This document shows, piece by piece, positions 16,567-21,003 of a DNA stretch of 21,003 nt (positions within the stretch are counted from its first letter, which is position 1; each line of letters opens with the position of its first letter). A program made the translations under genes and the position numbers. The DNA is from a candidate division FCPU426 bacterium. Lineage in GTDB: Bacteria; Oederibacteriota; JAAXVQ01; JAUVAV01. Under the pieces are notes generated by a model, which was given only the letters and a program-made list of their open reading frames with translations, was not told the DNA's origin and made no database searches. The DNA is taken from NCBI GenBank assembly GCA_030637655.1, contig DAOWGI010000075.1, forward strand, positions 1-21,003. Direction: 5' to 3'.

Positions 16567-17317
16567 GCACATGGGAATTATGGGGGTTGGCATGGTGATG
16601 GGTTTGCTTTTATTCGCTGCTTCAGCCAACGCGCAAGAAGTAACCGGCAACGAGATATTGGAAAAAGAGGAAGTCAACCGGCCGTACTCGACAATAATGA
16701 TAAGCGAGATGACTATTATCCACAAAGCAGGAGCCAAACGGGTCCGGAAGATGAAAATCTGGATGAAAGGTGATGACTATATTTTAGTCAGATTTTTGTC
16801 GCCGTCCAATGTCAAGGGCACGGGTTTTCTCTCAGTAAAAGATGATGACTGGCTCTATCTGCCGGCCTTGAGAAAGGTCCGGCGTATTGCCGGCCGGGAA
16901 AAAGGTAAAAGCTTTATGGGCAGTGACTTCAGCTATGAGGACGTAGGCACTGATTCCCTGGCGGATAAATATAATGCCAGGCTGCTCGGGATTGAAAAAT
17001 ATGCAGAACGTGATTGCTATATTCTGGAACTGCTGCCGAAGGATACGAAGGGCGCCATCTACAGCAAACAAAAGAGATGGGTGGATAAGACGCGCTTCAA
17101 TCAAATGAAAACCGAATATTATGATGAGCACGGAGACTTGCTCAAAGTAGCGTACGTGTCCGAGGTGAAAGAGATAAAGGAGTTTTGGATGACCAAAAAA
17201 ATTGAGATGCAAAATGTTCAAAAAGGGAGCAAGACTATCATAGTGGAAGAAGAGGTTGAGGTGAATCCGGAAATTGCAGATAAAATGTTTAATACCCGTC
17301 AACTGGAAAGGAAGTAG
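16550..17317 (+). CDS. Outer-membrane lipoprotein-sorting (LolA-like) periplasmic protein
   Basis: Signal peptide ANA. Motifs RFLSPSNVKGTGFL, WLYLPALRKVRRI, SFMGSDFSYED and YYDEHGDLLK. Confidence 0.9.
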   Translation: MLNQIKHMGIMGVGMVMGLLLFAASANAQEVTGNEILEKEEVNRPYSTIMISEMTIIHKAGAKRVRKMKIWMKGDDYILVRFLSPSNVKGTGFLSVKDDDWLYLPALRKVRRIAGREKGKSFMGSDFSYEDVGTDSLADKYNARLLGIEKYAERDCYILELLPKDTKGAIYSKQKRWVDKTRFNQMKTEYYDEHGDLLKVAYVSEVKEIKEFWMTKKIEMQNVQKGSKTIIVEEEVEVNPEIADKMFNTRQLERK

Positions 17318-17330
17318 GAGGGTTATATAT

Positions 17331-18401
17331 ATGAAGAGTTTGCCGTATTTATTAATTTTCTGGTGTCTGTTGGTGATTTCCAACTTTAGCGCGGCTCAAG
17401 CCTCTCTTGATATCAGCGGAGAGATTGAAACCCGGTTGAGCTTTGAGTTGAGCGAATCAGAAGCAATCTGGTCCAGAACCACTTTTGAACCTGAGCTGGA
17501 CAGCCAAATAAGCGATAACACGCATGCTCATGTCAGCCTGAAAATGCATACTGCTGGGGAATTAAATTTTGATTGGAATTTGCAAGAGGCATATATTGAT
17601 TATTATTTGGGCAGCCTGGACTTGCGGGCGGGGGTGCAGATTATTTCCTGGGGCACAGCCTATGGCATCAACCCCACGGATAACATAAACCCCTTTGATT
17701 TAAGCGAGGAGCAAGTCTTTATTCCGGAAGAAAAATTGGGTGTAACAGCACTACGTTTGAAATATTACCTTCCGGCTAATCTAAGTCTAACCGGAGTTTA
17801 CCTTCCCTATTTTGTGCCAATGCTTGAAATGCCCGGTGCGGTCTTGCCGGAAAAAACGATTAAGAACGCAGAGTATGCCTGTAAACTCACGGCTCAATCA
17901 ATGATGGGCTGTGACCTCTCCACCAGTTATTTCAAGGGCAGAGAGGATTATCCCTGGATAACCGGCGAGTATCGCGAGGTGGAGATTTATGGCGTGGATA
18001 TCATAGGCACGCTCAGCGAAATCGCGCTCTGGGCTGAGGGAGCATATAATCTGCCGGAGAGCGGGGATGCGTATTACCAGATAGCTGTTGGCGGAGAATA
18101 TACGTTTGGGGATGATTTGTATTGCCTGGCACAATATTATCACAGGAACTATGAGGATATGCAGGAGCATTACATTATGACAGTACTGCGTCATCCCTTT
18201 TTGGACATTCACACTTTGCAACTTGGCATGGCATATGAGATTACGAATGAAATTTTTATTCTTTACCCGGAAATGACTTGTTCTATAGTTGATGCGGCAA
18301 ATATAGTACTATCCGGGATTTTTGTCCAGGGAGAGGCAGCCGGGACTTTTATGAGTGGGCTGAAGGACAAAATATATTTGAAAGTGGAATATGGTTTCTA
18401 A
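17331..18401 (+). CDS. Outer-membrane beta-barrel protein (DUF1302-like)
   Basis: GGAGG SD and signal peptide. LQEAYIDY...DLRAGVQIISWG...NPTDNINP motif; C-terminal beta-signal LKVEYGF. Confidence 0.85.
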   Translation: MKSLPYLLIFWCLLVISNFSAAQASLDISGEIETRLSFELSESEAIWSRTTFEPELDSQISDNTHAHVSLKMHTAGELNFDWNLQEAYIDYYLGSLDLRAGVQIISWGTAYGINPTDNINPFDLSEEQVFIPEEKLGVTALRLKYYLPANLSLTGVYLPYFVPMLEMPGAVLPEKTIKNAEYACKLTAQSMMGCDLSTSYFKGREDYPWITGEYREVEIYGVDIIGTLSEIALWAEGAYNLPESGDAYYQIAVGGEYTFGDDLYCLAQYYHRNYEDMQEHYIMTVLRHPFLDIHTLQLGMAYEITNEIFILYPEMTCSIVDAANIVLSGIFVQGEAAGTFMSGLKDKIYLKVEYGF

Positions 18402-18412
18402 TATGCTACCGC

Positions 18413-18540
18413 GAATTCCCCGGTTTTCAAACCGGGGACAGTTTGCTTAAAAAAAGCGAACTGCGGAATAGTAATAATGCTTTTCCTACAGCTCATATCC
18501 AATTCCCCGCTCTTCAGAGCGGGGAATTGGACGCGCTCAA
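18413..18540 (+). mobile_element. IS200/IS605-type non-autonomous palindromic element (PATE-like)
   Basis: Two related hairpins: TCCCCGGTTT-TC-AAACCGGGGA (18417-18438) and TCCAATTCCCCGCTCT-TC-AGAGCGGGGAATTGGA (18498-18531). The element ends in TCAA (18537-18540). Confidence 0.6.
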
Positions 18541-18646
18541 GGTGAATTGTAAGCACAAGTGCGACAAATCACCCTTCTGCTTAGGAAAATTGTTTTCCCT
18601 TGACTTGGGTTGTGATAAAATCTTGTCAAAATCCAAGGGGACGCTA

Positions 18647-19201
18647 ATGGGCATCACGATCAATACAATCCGCGTGGAAGTGATGATTGGAGATTTGGCA
18701 TTTCAACAAGTGGATGCCTTGGTCCATCCTACGAATAATTATCTTTGGTTCTCATCAGGTATTTCAGAAAGTTTAAAACGGCGCGGTGGCGAGGATTTGG
18801 AAGAAAAGGCGCTGTCTTTAGCGCCCATTGAGGTGGGGCAAGCGGCTATTACGGATGCCGGCCGGCTCAGATGCAAATCTGTGATTCATGCCGCGGCCTG
18901 TGGTCAGGATATGATGACCAATAAAAAACTGGTCCATCGGGCGTTGGTGGCATCCTTTAATCTGGCCAATGAATATAAGTATCAGTCTTTGGCAGTACCG
19001 GTCTCGTGTCTGACTAGTCACGGGTTTTCTTTGGTTCGTGCGATTGAGACCACCTTTTTTTCTGTGGTCGAACATTGTATGCACCCCACTACCTTGACCC
19101 GGATTGTACTTGTCGTAAAAAATAAAGCAGAAAAGGACATTTTAGAAAGTGTGATAAAATTCGCTAAAGCGGCGGATCCACCCAAAGGCCAGGATGAATA
19201 A
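18647..19201 (+). CDS. Macro domain (ADP-ribose-binding/YmdB-like) protein, degenerate motifs
   Basis: MIGDL...VDALV, GQAAITDAGRLRCKSVIHAA and SLAVP. Start at ATG 18647 after AAGGGG. Confidence 0.85.
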   Translation: MGITINTIRVEVMIGDLAFQQVDALVHPTNNYLWFSSGISESLKRRGGEDLEEKALSLAPIEVGQAAITDAGRLRCKSVIHAAACGQDMMTNKKLVHRALVASFNLANEYKYQSLAVPVSCLTSHGFSLVRAIETTFFSVVEHCMHPTTLTRIVLVVKNKAEKDILESVIKFAKAADPPKGQDE

Positions 19202-19733
19202 TCGTATTTCACACCGGTATTCCGGAAAGATCAGCAGCTTGTTTAAACCAAAATATTTTTTTGAGGATGGATTTCGGGGCAAAAGGTTGGGATTGCTTCT
19301 GGTCTTGTTGTGTTTTAGTATTTCCGGTTGTGTTACTGTATTACCACGCCTCCCGTATTCAGGAAAAGTCCTGCCGGTAATTACGATGGCTAAATCCCTG
19401 CAAGGAAAGCCCTATCGTTATGGCGGGACCACACCCAAGGGTTTTGATTGTTCCGGATTCGTGCAGCATGTTTTTCGCGAGGCCGCGGGTATCCGCTTGC
19501 CGCGTACCAGTCGGGCCCAGTTTTCCGCTACCCGCGCCGTATGGTTGGGCAGCGAGCAACCCTCGGATTTATTGTTTTTTAACATTAGCGGTTACGGTAT
19601 TTCGCATGTGGGAATATATCTGGGGCGTGGAAAATTTATTCACGCGTCACAAACCGGAGGAAAAGTCAGGATTTCCGATGCCAATCAGAAATACTGGCAA
19701 CAGCGTTTCCGCGGTGTCCGGCGTGCACTTTGA
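19194..19733 (+). CDS. NlpC/P60 (C40) cell-wall peptidase, lipoprotein
   Basis: Lipobox ISGC; GKPYRYGG, GFDCSG, HVGIYLG and FIHA. The exact start is uncertain and may lie further downstream. Confidence 0.92.
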   Translation: MNNRISHRYSGKISSLFKPKYFFEDGFRGKRLGLLLVLLCFSISGCVTVLPRLPYSGKVLPVITMAKSLQGKPYRYGGTTPKGFDCSGFVQHVFREAAGIRLPRTSRAQFSATRAVWLGSEQPSDLLFFNISGYGISHVGIYLGRGKFIHASQTGGKVRISDANQKYWQQRFRGVRRAL

Positions 19734-19826
19734 TAGCCTAACCCGGACAAGCCGGAACTGAAAAGGAGACGCATACCCAAAAAACGGGCACGAGGAGTAC
19801 GCAGAGAGAAAGATAGGATAAAAACC

Positions 19827-19854
19827 GTAGAGACGCGATTAATCGCGTCTCTAC
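19827..19854. repeat. GTAG-type REP palindrome
   Basis: Perfect 28-bp palindrome GTAGAGACGCGATTAATCGCGTCTCTAC in the intergenic space. Confidence 0.8.
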
Positions 19855-19879
19855 ATAAAACTAAGAAAGAATATATTCC

Positions 19880-20479
19880 ATGAATAAAAAAAGAAAAAAA
19901 ACTAATTCGGCGTATTTGGTGCTGGCCTCCGGTTCGCCCCGGCGGCGCCAATTGTTACGGCAAGCGGGTTTGGAAATTCGTGCTCTGCCCTCTGCCTATG
20001 AGGAAGGAAAACCGTTTGGTGATCCGGAAACTTTTGCCCTGCTCACAGCCAATGCCAAAGCGGTTGAGGTGAGTCGGCGCTTGCGTCATCCGGCTTGGGT
20101 TTTAGCCGCGGATACTCTGGTTGTGCAAGGGCGACATATTTTTGCTAAGCCGACTTCGCGGCAGCAGGCCAAGCATATGTTACAGGCGCTGGCCGGAAAA
20201 GAACACTGGGTACTGACCGGGGTCTTATTACAGCACAAAGATTTGGGCCGAAAAATTGCTTGGGTGGAAAAAACCAAAGTGCGGATGCGAAAAATCACTT
20301 CTTATGAGCTGGAAAAATATCTGCAGTCCAATGAGTGGAAAGACAAAGCCGGGGCCTATGGTATTCAAGGCCGGGCCGGCGCTTTTGTTACCCAGGTAAA
20401 AGGTTGTTATTTTAATGTAGTGGGTCTGCCCCTGGGCTCAGTCTGTGAAAAACTACAAAAAGTGGGAATTGTTCCGTGA
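19880..20479 (+). CDS. maf: Maf-family nucleoside triphosphate pyrophosphatase (YhdE-like, dTTP/UTP type)
   Basis: Motifs VLASGSPRRRQLL, AADTLV, KP, DKAGAYGIQ and NVVGLPL. Confidence 0.93.
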   Translation: MNKKRKKTNSAYLVLASGSPRRRQLLRQAGLEIRALPSAYEEGKPFGDPETFALLTANAKAVEVSRRLRHPAWVLAADTLVVQGRHIFAKPTSRQQAKHMLQALAGKEHWVLTGVLLQHKDLGRKIAWVEKTKVRMRKITSYELEKYLQSNEWKDKAGAYGIQGRAGAFVTQVKGCYFNVVGLPLGSVCEKLQKVGIVP

Positions 20480-21003
20480 AGCAAAAATTACGGGTTTTTA
20501 TTATTGCGTTCTGGTTTTGGCCGGTAGGATTTCCGGGTCTAAGTGAGGCCGCCAAATGGAAAGCCGGCGGTGTAATCGGGTTTTCTCACTTTTTTGCGGA
20601 AATGGATGATCACCAGGAACCAGTGACGGTATTGATCCGGATAGAGAATCATTCCAGCCGGAATATATTAAAAATCACCCGGCATTTTGTCCAGCTAACG
20701 GATGCGAAAAATCAAAGAATCCGGCCCGTTAGTGCGGATGAGGTAGTCTCAGATCATTTAAAAAAACTACGCGATCTGATGCCGCAGCACGCAGAAGAGA
20801 TCGATATGCTTTTAGGTGAAATCCGGGCGGACTTTCCGCAGGAAAAGATTGTTCAAGTGTACGCCCGTTTAAAAGAATACATGCGTCAAGGACGGCCAAT
20901 AACCTGGCGCACGGGATTGAAAAATTTATTGCTGGGTAAAAAAAGTTCAAGCGCGAAAGATATTGTTCGAGCTGAGATGCTGATTGAGGAAATCGGAGCA
21001 CAC
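20476..21003 (+). CDS. Hypothetical secreted protein, 3'-partial (absent from the ORF track)
   Basis: GTG overlaps the maf TGA (GTGA). 176 codons are open to the window end: MKQKLRVFIIAFWFWPVGFPGLSEAAKWKAGG..., with a signal-peptide-like N-terminus. Confidence 0.8.
   Translation, partial: MKQKLRVFIIAFWFWPVGFPGLSEAAKWKAGGVIGFSHFFAEMDDHQEPVTVLIRIENHSSRNILKITRHFVQLTDAKNQRIRPVSADEVVSDHLKKLRDLMPQHAEEIDMLLGEIRADFPQEKIVQVYARLKEYMRQGRPITWRTGLKNLLLGKKSSSAKDIVRAEMLIEEIGAH

Noticed and set aside
18443..18646. 68-aa Cys-rich extension of the macro-domain ORF
   Set aside because: It runs through the palindromic element and likely promoter; ATG 18647 has an SD and matches the domain start.

Overview
Bacterial (diderm) chromosomal window with about 18 protein-coding genes and no rRNA, tRNA or CRISPR array. 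From left to right: a 5'-truncated GH65 glycoside phosphorylase, two small or exported hypothetical proteins, a DUF547-type protein and a REC-GAF-HD-GYP regulator. These are followed by an unannotated C-terminal remnant of acpS, nagA, a convergent mazG and a 21-repeat TPR protein on the minus strand. A roughly 900-bp divergent intergenic region follows, packed with structured elements: two long hairpins in the TPR leader and a 214-bp MITE with terminal inverted repeats and an 8-bp target duplication. Next is an apparently acquired cassette: an OmpR/CpxRA-like two-component system, then an exported thioredoxin-like fragment, an MMPL-type RND transporter, a LolA-like protein and an outer-membrane barrel. 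The two operons of this cassette share a 29-bp TTACAA-N4-TTACAA operator. The window ends with an IS200/IS605-type palindromic remnant, a degenerate macro-domain protein, an NlpC/P60 lipoprotein, a GTAG-type REP, maf and a 3'-truncated secreted protein missed by the ORF track. All family calls are from motif recognition by eye; no searches were run.
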